Shown: positions 1 to 9,968 of the stretch, piece after piece
Layout of the letters: every line of letters starts with the position of its first letter
Position numbering within the stretch: the first letter of the stretch is position 1
NCBI GenBank assembly: GCA_043228905.1
Contig: JBHGNT010000007.1
Location: 10,912,001-10,976,000 of the forward strand
Source: Azolla caroliniana
Lineage: Eukaryota > Plantae > Polypodiophyta
Length of the DNA stretch: 64,000 nucleotides
Direction: 5' to 3'
The notes under the pieces: model-generated
What the model was told of the DNA's origin: nothing
Databases searched by the model: none
Seen by the model: the letters and a program-made list of their open reading frames with translations, nothing else
Program-made: the position numbers and the translations under genes

Positions 1-240
1 AGCTAGTACCATAGCTAATTAGCTACTAGGATAGCTTATTAGCTACTTTACACAACTATGGCAGTAGCTAATTAGTTACTAGGATAGCTAATTAGTTGCC
101 AGTGGCTAATTAGCTAGTAGGATAGCTATTTAGCTTTTTTACACAACTATGGTACTAGCTAATTAGCTAGTAGCTCATTAGCTGCCAGTAGCTAATTAGC
201 TAGTAGGATAGCTAATTAGAAAAGACTAAGCTTATTAGCT
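1..240. repeat. Cluster of degenerate AGCTAATTAGCT / TAGCTA palindromic repeats; probable subterminal repeats of a DNA transposon
   Basis: Many copies of (t)agctaattagct(a) separated by agtag/ggat spacers. The same motif reappears at ~2625-2685 and ~9887-9965. Confidence 0.75.
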
Positions 241-2230
241 ACAGTATGGTATACCTGTTAGTTTTCTCCACTCATTTGGTAGAGTTGTACTGCAATCTCC
301 CAAACAGAATGCAGCAATTCGACAGGCATGTTGAAAACAAAGCAGATGGTATGTGTGGTTGCATGGTTGTAGGTGAACCAACAAAGACGCAGTTTTGTCC
401 TCCACACCTAACCCGCAAGCGATGCAACGTGCTTGAACTGTCAATAAATCATTTTCTGGTTCTACTTCATTTGGTAAGGGAGCAAGAATGTTCAAGTCCA
501 AATCCTGTCTGGTCCTTACCATTCCCTCCACAAAATGTAGCTGCTTCTTAAGGCAGCTAACTACCTGTTCTTGATGAATGTATTGTTCCTTCAACGCAAC
601 AGAGAAATTTACCGATTAATTATTCTTGTTGTTGAAAGATACACCAACTTTGCTCAGGAATCGTTAACTTACTTGAAGCTTATCCAAATTGTAATCTGCA
701 ATAGTATTTACACCTAGAAGGTCCAGGTTCATTGAAAGAACCTGGATCTCTATTTGCAGTTCTATTTTATGCTGGGGATCCAGTGGCCCCTCTAATTCAA
801 GCTCCTGTTGCGCAACCTATTCCAGATAATGCTTGATTAGCACATTTTACCCGTTATTTATAACACAATCACATACCAGCAAAACAATAGTTACCTGAAT
901 CTTATTTCTAATTGTTGTAACAGCAGAAGTAACTTTGCTCTCCATTGCAGAAGCCATTGTGGCTTTCTCTAAATCAGTCTTAAAAAATGCCAATGTCTCA
1001 CAGGCTTCATGGACATTTTTTAGCATATAGCTAACCAATGTCTCACCTGTATCATCGACATTGGCTTTCCTTGGGTGTCGGTGTGGTGTATGCCCCCGGT
1101 CTTGCTGGGAGTCGGCAGTTGCATCAACAGTTGCCATGCTCCAAAATCTGTCTATTTTTTGTGCCAAGGTTCCCATCTTTCGGCATCTTTTTACCGATGC
1201 CTCACCATAGACTGCCCAAGCTACCCTATACATTTCAGGGTCTCTAGATTCCTTCGCTGTTTTGCAGTACTCATATGCAAATGCTCTAGCAAATGAAACT
1301 GACAACTCATTGTTGACTGGGATCTCCTGATGAACTTTCTGGTGCAGTCTCATGCAGTCATCGTACAAGTCGGCTCGTACATGCTTTAGCTTGACCTTGC
1401 CTTTGACTCTAGGCACTGTATATACTGTCATCCAGTCTATATCACTGATCAATTTATCACTTAGGACAGCAGGGTCAACACCCTCGAGTGACAGACCATA
1501 GGTGTTGTGGAAGTCCTCCTTTGTCTCGCAAAATTTTGCGAAGTTTAGCACTCTCGTATACGGAGGAACGAGCCATCTAAAATATCATTTCAGAAATCAG
1601 AAATAGTGCAAAATAAGAATATGTGAGAATCAAAAACCCCAATCAACAACAACAAAAATGGTGCAAAATCTTTAACTTAGCAAATCAGAAACCCTAATCA
1701 TAATTTGTATTCAGAAATTTGAAATCAGAAACCCTAATCAAAATCTGTAATCAGAAGTTTGAAATCAGAAACCCTAATCAAAATCTGTAATCAGAAGTTT
1801 GTAACCAGAAACCTTATTCAGAAATTCTAATCAGAAATTTATAATCAAAAACCCTAATCAGAAATTTCAATCAGAAACCCTAATAAAAAATTTCAATCAC
1901 AAACCCTAATCAGAAATCCTAAGCAGAAATTTATAAACAAAAACCCTATTCAGAAATTCTAATTTGTAATCAAAATTTGTAACCAGAAACCCTATTCAGA
2001 AATTCTAATCAAAAATTTATAATCAAAAACCCTAATCAGAAATTTCAATCACAAACCCTAATCAGAAATTTCAATCACAAACCCTAATCAGAAATTCTAA
2101 TAAGAAATTTATAAACAAAAACCCTAATCAGAAATTTCAATCAGAAACCCCAATCATCACTAAAGACAGGATTAAACACAAAAAAAGTAATATAAACACA
2201 CCTGTTGCTACTCCCCGATTTGCGAGACAT
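235..2230 (-). CDS. Spliced gene, ~402 aa, with C-terminal RING-H2-like zinc finger (putative E3 ligase; probably TE-borne)
   Basis: Hand-spliced coding exons 2230-2202, 1576-895, 816-673 and 588-235 are joined by GT-AG introns and keep one open frame (MSRKSGSSNR/WLVPPYTRVLNFAKF...IRNKIQ/VAQQELE...DKLQ/EQYIHQ...). The last exon has CIAC..CNHTYHLLC..CLGDC. A probable 5'UTR intron lies at ~2354-2259. The last acceptor (AAG) is the weakest site. Confidence 0.7.
1590..2155. repeat. Intronic minisatellite built from AAACCCTAATCAG / AGAAATTT units (telo-box-like)
   Basis: More than a dozen copies of aaaccctaatca interspersed with gaaatt(t/c); fills intron 1 of the RING gene. Confidence 0.85.
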
Positions 2231-2624
2231 CCTTGTATGGGACTCCAAGGACTTCGCCCTATTCGATTTTGGGGAAATATGAATCGGCACCAAAGTTCAG
2301 ACAGTAGTCAAAAAGAAAAAACAAATGTTTCGGGTTTCTGTAACTGAAACATACCTGGACGATGATCGAGCGGGTTCTGTGTTGTAGCTCTCAATCTGCA
2401 ATGTCGATTTTTTGCTGTTGCGGGAGCTACGTCTACGTTCGTGCTCTGAGTACTCCATCTGCGTTCAAAATCAGACTTAGGCTAAACAGGAAATTGATGA
2501 CATTGAAGTCGACCTTAGATGATGGTGATATTCCCCAAGTTCCACTACGTCTGAAACAAAAGTTCAAATATTTGAGTTTTTTCATAAATTAGTTTTTCAA
2601 ATATTTGATTTTCCCACAAAAAAG

Positions 2625-2690
2625 AGTAGCTAAACAAATAGCTAATTAGCTATGGCCATTTTAGTAGCTAATTAGCTATAATAGTGTTTC
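2625..2690. repeat. Second AGCTAATTAGCT palindrome cluster
   Basis: gagtagctaaacaaatagctaattagctatggcc...gtagctaattagctataa. Confidence 0.7.
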
Positions 2691-2695
2691 CACTC

Positions 2696-3208
2696 GCATG
2701 CTTTTACCCTTCAAGGAGCGTGTGGGAGGCGTGAAGCTAGGAGAAGCCGAAGCGAAGATCTGAAAGAACATGCGGAACCTCAAGTTTAGCTTGAGGGGGA
2801 GTGTTGAGATAGAAGCTCAACATTGGGTGCATAAACGGGTGCATAACCTAGTGCGTAGAGTGGGTGCGTAAAACTGTACGCACAAAGGCCGTAACGACGC
2901 GTAAGCCGAGAGGCCGTTAGAGCGTTACTCCTCGTAAGGAATATATTTTGGGAGTTACTGTAGGGGCTCATTGATGAGCATTGAAGTACGAGTTGGTACT
3001 TCTGTCTATTCGTAAGGACGTGTATAAAAATCGTCGATTGAGCGCATCCTATGTACAGAGCATTGTTATTTTGAATCTGAGTTTAGTGTTCTCTCTCTCT
3101 GTCTCTCTTGTATACGTTGTGTCTTTAAGCTCTCCATTAAACCTTCTTGTGTTCGTTTGTATTACCTGGTTGTGTTTGTTAGGCTTCTGCATGCGCTATT
3201 CTTTTACA
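2696..3208 (+). mobile_element. Copia family-B 3' end: short internal remnant, polypurine tract (PPT) and 3' LTR (2802-3208)
   Basis: PPT gagggggag at 2793-2801 followed by TGTTGAG...TTTTACA. Homologous to the reverse complement of the LTRs at 26477-26871 and 40578-40997. Confidence 0.8.
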
Positions 3209-4155
3209 GGGGGGAAGAGGAACACAGAAGTTCTACTCAATCAGAAAGTGGAAGAAGAAGGATCAACAACATCAAGAGGCATCATCAACCAAGAATCTCC
3301 TTCTTCTATATGCCACTCTCTTCTTTTCTCCACCTCTCTTCCCCCTTCCTTTCATATCATATTCATATTCATATCCAACTTGTTGTAACATGATTCGTAT
3401 ATTATAAAAGAATCTATTATTTTGCAATGAACTAATCTTTCCTTTCACCTACATGTCTTATATGTTATTTTCACTTGTGGTTGTGTGTTTGTGTGTCTTG
3501 TGACAAGGGAGTGTTTCAGGCTTGCCCATGCACCTCTCCTTTCTCAAAGGTATTCAAACTTGTGTGTCTTGTGTGTAAATCATTTTTGTGTGTTTGTGTA
3601 TGTTGTGCCAAGGGAGCATTTCGGGCTTGTCCATGCACCTCTCCTTTAACAAAGGTATTCAAACTTTTATGTATTGTGTGTTTGTGTGTCTCGTGACAAG
3701 GGAGCGTTTCGGGCTTGCCCATGCACCTCTCCTTTCACAAAGGCATTCAAACTGTTGTGTCTTGTGTGTTAGTGTAAATCGTGTTTGTGTGTTCGCGTGT
3801 CTTGTGACAAGGGAACGTTCGGGCTTGCCAATGCACCTCTTCTTTCACAAAGACATTCGAAAATTTGTCTCTCGTGTGTAAATCTTGCTAGCGTGCTCGT
3901 GTGTCTTGTGACAATCGAGGGTTTGGGCAGTCGAAAATTTGTCTTTCATGTGTGTATGTAAGCCTTTTCCTTGTGTGGACATGTGTAAGCCTTCCTCTCG
4001 TGCACTCATTCACCTTGTGACTAGGGGTTGATTCAAACTTGCCCGTGCACCTCCCCTTTTCACGAACACGTTTGAATATTCGTGCCTTCCTTGTGTTGTG
4101 TGTGTTAGCCCTAGTTCCTTCTAGTCCATAACCCCGGCGGTTCAGCCTCACGACA
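3209..4155 (+). mobile_element. 5'-truncated Gypsy LTR of the tRNA-Trp-primed lineage, with internal ~90-110 bp tandem repeats
   Basis: Ends TCACGACA like the LTR at 5457-7203 and shares its cgggcttgcccatgcacctctcct repeat unit. Confidence 0.65.
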
Positions 4156-5456
4156 CCGGTTCTAATACAAAAGGGTGTTCATCTGGATCGCTACATCTTT
4201 CCAAATCCGACACCCCTTCACTTAATATCTCTTCATATCTACTAATATTCCTAATATTCCTAATTATCCTAATTATCTGGTATACGTATTCACACTCTTT
4301 CCGGACTATCTTCCATATCTACAATCTTTCGGTTCTACTTCTCTAAACAACACTTGGCACGCCCGTGGGACAGTGCCTTACACGTCAGACCCACATGCAC
4401 TTAGCTGTCCTCCATTATATCCAAAATATTTAGTTGTCTATCCTCTGTCCTGTCTTGATGTATTTCCAACCCTCCTCCCACCTATTCTTGTGATTGACTC
4501 TCCTCAAGCAACTATCTAAGTCCTCTATTGCTCGTGGCAGTTCCTCATATACAACCCTTTGTTGCATTGCTGCTTGCTCCACCAGCTGCTCTGCCCTTTC
4601 CTCCGATTGTTCCTCCTACTTGCGTACTGATTCCAACCCAATTGCTTGTTGCACCTCGTCGCCAATATTTATTTTCTCCCATTGGCTGTCCACCATCTGT
4701 TGCTCTGCCAACTACACTCTCTCCCGCTCATAAGCTTCCAACTCCAATGTCAACTGCAGTTGATCATCCTTGAATTCCTCCAATAGTTTTTGGACTTCAT
4801 CATTTTGAGCCTGAGCTTGAGCATAAAAATCCTCTGATAATTCCTCTCGAATTGTGATTATACTTTCTTCATCCATCTAGTAAACGTGATCACTGGACTT
4901 TGCCCTGTTTTTTGCATCAGCACAAAAAACTGGCAATTTTGCTGCTTGCTCCGACCATTCCTTCCATATCATACTAGAACATTCCTCAAGTTTTTCCCTC
5001 ATTCATTTCCACTGGTTAACTAAAATCATACAAATTCATTTTATCCCCATCTCCGTCTTCTCTTCCATGGCATGCTTCTCTTGCTTCAACAATTTAATCT
5101 CTTGTGCCATTGTTGTTGCTTCGACCTCATATGTTGCCAACTGAGTTTTATACATAGTTTGGACTTTTGTCAACACTTCTCTAGATCGTCCCAGCATCTG
5201 GACATGGTCTTCCAGCAACTTATCCTTCTCCTTCTTCGCTTCTTCTCTCATCTTCACCTTTGTTTCCTCAAAGATTTTGTCCTACAACATCAGCGATTAG
5301 GCCTTTTGCTTAACTTCTACCCGTGCCTCATTGAGCCTCTCCCATTGCCGGTCATACTCCTTTTCCACCTCCTTGTGATCTCGATAGAGCTTATCGAAAT
5401 TAGCTTGCTTGTCCTTCAGGCATCAGTTCGTTTGTGCTCGCAACCAATTATCCTGT
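4156..5456 (+). mobile_element. Tat/Ogre-like Gypsy fragment: partial LTR ending 4352, tRNA-Arg PBS 4355-4371, internal region with an antisense coiled-coil pseudo-ORF
   Basis: ...aaacaACA-ct-TGGCACGCCCGTGGGAC matches the Arg(TCT)-type PBS TGGCACGCCC(A/G)GTGGGAC with one base missing. The fragment is cut at 5456 by the next LTR. Confidence 0.6.
4430..5456 (-). pseudogene. Degenerate E/K/Q-rich coiled-coil ORF (~340 codons, several stops)
   Basis: Minus-strand translation: ...DKQANFDKLYRDHKEVEKEYDRQWERLNEARVEVKQK..MREEAKKEKDKLLEDHVQML...EVQKLLEEFKDDQLQLTLELEAYERER... Confidence 0.6.
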
Positions 5457-7203
5457 TGTCGTGATGTAGCGTGCTCGAGGGTGGGGAAAAACCGGCGAAA
5501 GGGGGGGTCAAAAATGTGCATATGCAATGTGTGTGCACACAAAAGCAATTAATTGTGCATATGCAAAATAAAAAGGAAAAGAAAGGGTAAAAAGGAGGTA
5601 TAGAAGCTCGTGCAAAATGTAAGAGAGAGGAGAGATAAAGGGTAGAGGGGAGACAGGCTATAAATTTATAGAGATAGAATTATATATTATATAAGAGAGA
5701 GTTAGTGGGCTAGTGGATAGTCATATTGACTACTAGCTAGAGGTGCACGGTTCGAATCTAGTCTAACAATGTAGCGTAATTTAAGGAATTTTATTCCTTT
5801 CTCATTGAAGACAAATTTGGCGATCCTCCCTTCTTTTTTTCCTATAAAAGGAGGTCGAGGGGGGCTCATTCGGAGGACGTTTTGGGAGGAGGAGACTATC
5901 GCCAATTTTCCTTCAAAGCTCTTCATCTCCTTATTCACCACTTCTGTTCATCTCATACCCCTTCATCCCCCCATCGCCACGTGCTCGTCTTATTCGTGTC
6001 GGCACTCGAAGTGCTCGTGAGCCCAAGCTTCGTTGGTTCGACGTTGTGAGCCCGTGTGCTCGCCGTTCGGGTGGTCGTGGTTCGTTGGGATTGGCATTTT
6101 GGTGGTGCTCATGTGTTCATCTTCGCCGTGTTCGGTTTCGCCTTGTCTCTAAGGTCATTTAATATTTATGTTTTGATTGAGCTTGTGGTTAACTATAAGT
6201 TGCCATTGTAAACAAAATCCTATTTTATAAAGGGTCTTGTTGCGTTAGAATCGAACACGTATTTATCTCTTTGGTCAATATCATTCGTGTTTCTTTCTCT
6301 CCTTCTTTCTTTATACGTTTCTTTCTTGTACGTTCAGCCGTCTTGTGACGGGGGGACCATTCAGGCTTGCCCATGCACCTCTCCTCCTCATAAAGGCATA
6401 CGAGCATTTGTATGTGTGTTTGTGTCTTCCTTGTACGTTCGGCCGTCTTGTGAAGAGGGGACAGTTCGGGCTTGCCCATGCACCTCTCCTCCTCATAAAG
6501 GCGTACGAGCATTTTGTGCATGTGTTTTGTGTCTTCCTCATATGTTTGATGTCTTGTGAGGAGGGAGCGTTCGGGCACGCCCATGCACCTCTCCTCCTCA
6601 TAAAGGCGTACGAGCATTTGTTGCATGTGTTTTGTGTCTTCCTCGTATGTTCGACGTCTTGTGACGAGGGAGCGTTCGGGCACGCCCATGCACATCTCCT
6701 CCTCATAAAGACGTACGGACATTCGTGTTTGTGTTATCGTCCCCTTGTGCGTTCATGTTGCGTGCTCATCTTGCTTGTACCCGTTTGGTCACTTGGCTCA
6801 TACGGTGATCTCGGAAGGTCGACGAGTCGTGATCAACGAGAGCCACTGGCCTCACAAAACAAAGGGCAACGAAACCTTGCTCGGGAAGGGGTCAGGAAGT
6901 AGTATTGTCGTAAAGCAAACCTCGGGTCATCTCTATCCCTTGAGTACTCCCTAGTCCAAGACCCCCGTGGTCCCGCTCAAGTAACAAACGTGCGTGAAAC
7001 TTCGCGACATAAATTGGTAGTCTTGATCAACGAGAGCAACCTGCCTCACAAAATAAAGGGAAATGAGACCTTGCTCGATAAGGGGTCGGGAAGTAGTATT
7101 GTCGTAAAGCAAACCTCGGGTCTTCTCTATCCCTTGAGTACTCCCTAGTCCGAGACCCCCGTGGTCCCGCCCAAGTAACACACGTACGCGAAAATTCACG
7201 ACA
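5457..7203 (+). mobile_element. 5' LTR (~1.75 kb) of a tRNA-Trp-primed Gypsy element
   Basis: Inverted termini TGTCGTGA...TCACGACA; TATA-like cctataaaag at ~5841; followed by a PBS and gag. Confidence 0.85.
6320..6720. repeat. Four-copy 105-bp tandem repeat inside the LTR
   Basis: cccatgcac recurs at 6370, 6475, 6580 and 6685 (period 105). Confidence 0.9.
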
Positions 7204-7212
7204 TAAATTGGT
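6825..7212. repeat. 194-bp tandem duplication of the LTR 3' end plus the first PBS bases
   Basis: 6825-7018 is a diverged copy of 7019-7212; both end cgaca-taaattggt. Confidence 0.9.
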
Positions 7213-7226
7213 GAACCCGACGTGAA
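7209..7226 (+). promoter_or_regulatory. Primer-binding site complementary to tRNA-Trp
   Basis: TGGTGAACCCGACGTGAA is the complement of the plant tRNA-Trp 3' end (...TTCACGTCGGGTTCACCA), 5 nt after the LTR end. Confidence 0.85.
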
Positions 7227-7248
7227 AGGGCGGCAAGGGAGAACCAAG

Positions 7249-8535
7249 ATGCGAGGAGGAGAACTCGCTGAAGCGATGGCGGCAGCGGTGGACCGTTTGG
7301 TAAATGCCCAAGAATGCATCACCAGCCTAGACCGGGCCATAGAGACGGTGGTTAGCACAACTGGTCGGTTCAATGGAAGAGATATCACGATCTACTTGGA
7401 TGCCTATAAGGCCGAAATGCTTATGCGAAACGTCCCTGAAGATAGGCGGCTAACCGGATTCGCTAGAGTGGTAACGCCGAGTATCCACACGGAGGTACTC
7501 GAGATCCAAGCGGACTATTGCAATTGGGTGGAGTTCGAAGAAAGACTCCTCGAGAAGTACGGCCTTGTTGACTCACTCAGAATTTCGAAAAGGGATCTAA
7601 TGGAGTGGGTTGAGCTTCCCGGCAAGGGGAGAAATACTATGGTACTTTTACAAGAATTTGAGAAGCGCTTCACGCGACTCTCGACCCTCGATAGGATGGT
7701 GCTTGACACAAGCAAGGTCCTACTATTCATGAAGACTATTGATGCACGAGATCAAGAGAAGGTGGGGTCCCTCCTCGAAACTGATGATGGGCTCACGACG
7801 GATTGGGCTATGGTAAAACGGGTTTGTAGCCGCTTCGATAAGAGAAGGGAATGGAATGACGGGTCTCCGTTGAGCGGCCAAACATCCACAGGCTCCATTA
7901 GTGAGACACACGAACCCAGGGGTGGTAGAATACCTCAAGAAAGAGAGCAAGCAAATGCAAGGTTCATCCCCGAGAGAAACGTGGTTGAAGCACCGTCGGT
8001 AGGGTCGGCAATAGACGAGCTCACAAAGATGGCGCGAGATCTCCAAATAGCGCAAGCTAGGAGAGAGAGTGGCAACCCTCAAGGTCGACGTCCCCCGTTC
8101 GCGCAAAGATGTATGTGGTGCGACAACCCCGACCACCTACGAAGGGAGTGTGGAGACTTTCAAGAGGCCCTAAGAAAGGATATTGTCTATCTTTGGAACA
8201 ATAGGGTCTATTCGACGGAGACAAGGCACCCCTTGGGATTGAATCAAGGCCGAGGGGGCATGAGAAGGCTAATGGAGGAGGCCGAAGCACGACATGTCGA
8301 AGCCGTCCACTACTCGGCGTCGGCTGGGATCCGAGTGGGGAAAGAGGTGACGCAAGAGTTTGACTTTTGGCTATCAATCCTTGGAAGCCTCTCTAAGGGG
8401 AAGTTCAAAAGAGAAGAAGCGGACGAAGCGGAAAGAAGGGTCCAAGAACATTATAAAAGGGAGTGGTCAAATCCCCTTTCTTTCAAAGGAGAGTATTTGA
8501 CCTCGATCTTAGGAGGTGAGATTGATGGGTATTAA
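7249..8535 (+). CDS. gag: Gypsy Gag (truncated element; natural homology ends ~8450)
   Basis: Open frame starts right after the PBS; CCHC knuckle CMWCDNPDHLRREC; homologous to the minus-strand gag remnant at ~20100-21160. Confidence 0.75.
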   Translation: MRGGELAEAMAAAVDRLVNAQECITSLDRAIETVVSTTGRFNGRDITIYLDAYKAEMLMRNVPEDRRLTGFARVVTPSIHTEVLEIQADYCNWVEFEERLLEKYGLVDSLRISKRDLMEWVELPGKGRNTMVLLQEFEKRFTRLSTLDRMVLDTSKVLLFMKTIDARDQEKVGSLLETDDGLTTDWAMVKRVCSRFDKRREWNDGSPLSGQTSTGSISETHEPRGGRIPQEREQANARFIPERNVVEAPSVGSAIDELTKMARDLQIAQARRESGNPQGRRPPFAQRCMWCDNPDHLRRECGDFQEALRKDIVYLWNNRVYSTETRHPLGLNQGRGGMRRLMEEAEARHVEAVHYSASAGIRVGKEVTQEFDFWLSILGSLSKGKFKREEADEAERRVQEHYKREWSNPLSFKGEYLTSILGGEIDGY

Positions 8536-8749
8536 CTCCCTCTCCTCTCACCCACATACTCAATGCCCACTACTACCTACACCCATACTTCATGTGCCTC
8601 CCTCTAGTCTACAAAGTGCACATCACCTTTATACCTTTACATCTTACTTTTCCTCCTTACATTTGTCTATTATTCCTATGTTACAATTTTCCTAAGTTCA
8701 TGTGCAATGTTGCACATCTTGTTTTATTCCTCCCGCTCGGGTTTTCTCA

Positions 8750-9192
8750 CCATGGCCGAAAATCCTCACGACAGCGTGAAGACCAAAACAAGATCGACAC
8801 AATAAAGGTGCATTGGTATAACACTAAAAGTAAAAATGCAATTACTGGGAAATATACTTTAGCGATGTTAGAATGCGCAAGATCAAGGGGTAATAGAAAG
8901 CAAAAAAGAAATATCTGAAATACATCACCCTGAACATGAAGTGGATATTATTGTGTATGACTTTACATTGACAAAAGTTGGGTGTTTAAGAAAGTCAACT
9001 ATAGATATAATCCAAGAAAAATTGATTGTTGGTCAAGGTGTCTCTAATCGAAGGAGAACAAGATCACCAGCTCATTATTTAGAGTCACACAATATGGTTT
9101 TAGATGAAGATAATGATTTGATAAGAATATCTGAAGATGAAAAAGATCAATCACCTTTGTATATTAGTGATAGTAGCAATGACAACTTGTAA
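8750..9192 (+). pseudogene. Frameshifted fragment of an unidentified, probably TE-derived protein
   Basis: Two adjacent frames give DTIKVHWYNTKSKNAITGKYTL and VDIIVYDFTLTKVGCLRKSTIDII followed by an acidic tail. The family is not recognised with certainty. Confidence 0.3.
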
Positions 9193-9519
9193 TACAATGA
9201 GAGACGTATATTTTTGCATATAGATGTAACCAATTCATTTCTGTAAAAACTCGAGTGATATAAAAGTTATATTTATTTTGATCCATAAACTCCTTCAATT
9301 CTTATTGTTCTCTATACCATTAGTTCTCATTTTCCGAACACAAATATGTGATGTTGCTTTTCGAATTTGTCCCAAATTTACGAATATTTTAAAATGGTGG
9401 AATTTTAAACATCTTTTGAGAATATGTGATACTAGTATCAATGTGTTTTGTGAAGTGGATGTAAAAACCACAAAAATGTAGGGAATATATTCCTTATCCT
9501 TCCATTTATGCGCAATCCT

Positions 9520-9810
9520 TCCATTTGTGAACGCATGTGTTGATAGATAAAGAAGAGTTTTTATTAAAAAACCAGGGATAACCCGATATTACAAAGGTGG
9601 TACAAAGATTCATTACATGGAAATCTACTTGTTGTACATAGGTACCAGTGTAAATTGCCAATGAATGAATCGCCATGTTGATGTATTGAACTCTTCAATC
9701 AGCCAAGTGCACCTTATAGGTGTGATCACTTACGATGGGTTGGACTCCCCATATCTGAACCAAACGATCATTCATAAAGTTATGTGAGCTTCTTGAATCA
9801 AATAAGAAAT
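9520..9810 (-). pseudogene. Old Gypsy aspartic-protease remnant
   Basis: Minus-strand fragments resembling STHNFM, KVHLAD, VDFHVMNL and VISGYPWF, with frameshifts. Confidence 0.45.
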
Positions 9811-9886
9811 ATGGTAGAGATCCATTGATATCTCTCGTTTGCACGTAGTAAAACATTAGATCCCAATACATAGTGAGGGAAGTTGT

Positions 9887-9968
9887 TAGTAGCTAAATAG
9901 ATGTGCATAGCTAAATAGTTGTTTCACCTTTATGTCCACTAGTAGCTAATTAGCTAATAGCTACTATA
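9887..9968. repeat. Third AGCTAATTAGCT palindrome cluster
   Basis: gtagctaaatag...ccactagtagctaattagctaatagctac. Confidence 0.65.

Noticed and set aside
1590-2155. Interstitial telomere or CRISPR-like array
   Set aside because: The units are AAACCCTAATCAG with AT-rich degenerate linkers, not tandem TTTAGGG; there are no unique spacers and no cas genes, and the context is eukaryotic.
6225-6902. Several overlapping 90-185 aa ORFs with repeated peptides
   Set aside because: By-products of a 105-bp (multiple of 3) tandem repeat inside an LTR.
7209-7226. tRNA gene
   Set aside because: Only the 18-nt complement of a tRNA 3' end (a PBS); there is no cloverleaf. The same applies to the iMet and Arg PBSs.
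9936-9946. CACTAGTAG as a CACTA terminal inverted repeat
   Set aside because: No matching opposite terminus or 3-bp TSD in the window, and the motif is embedded in the palindrome cluster; kept only as a hint.
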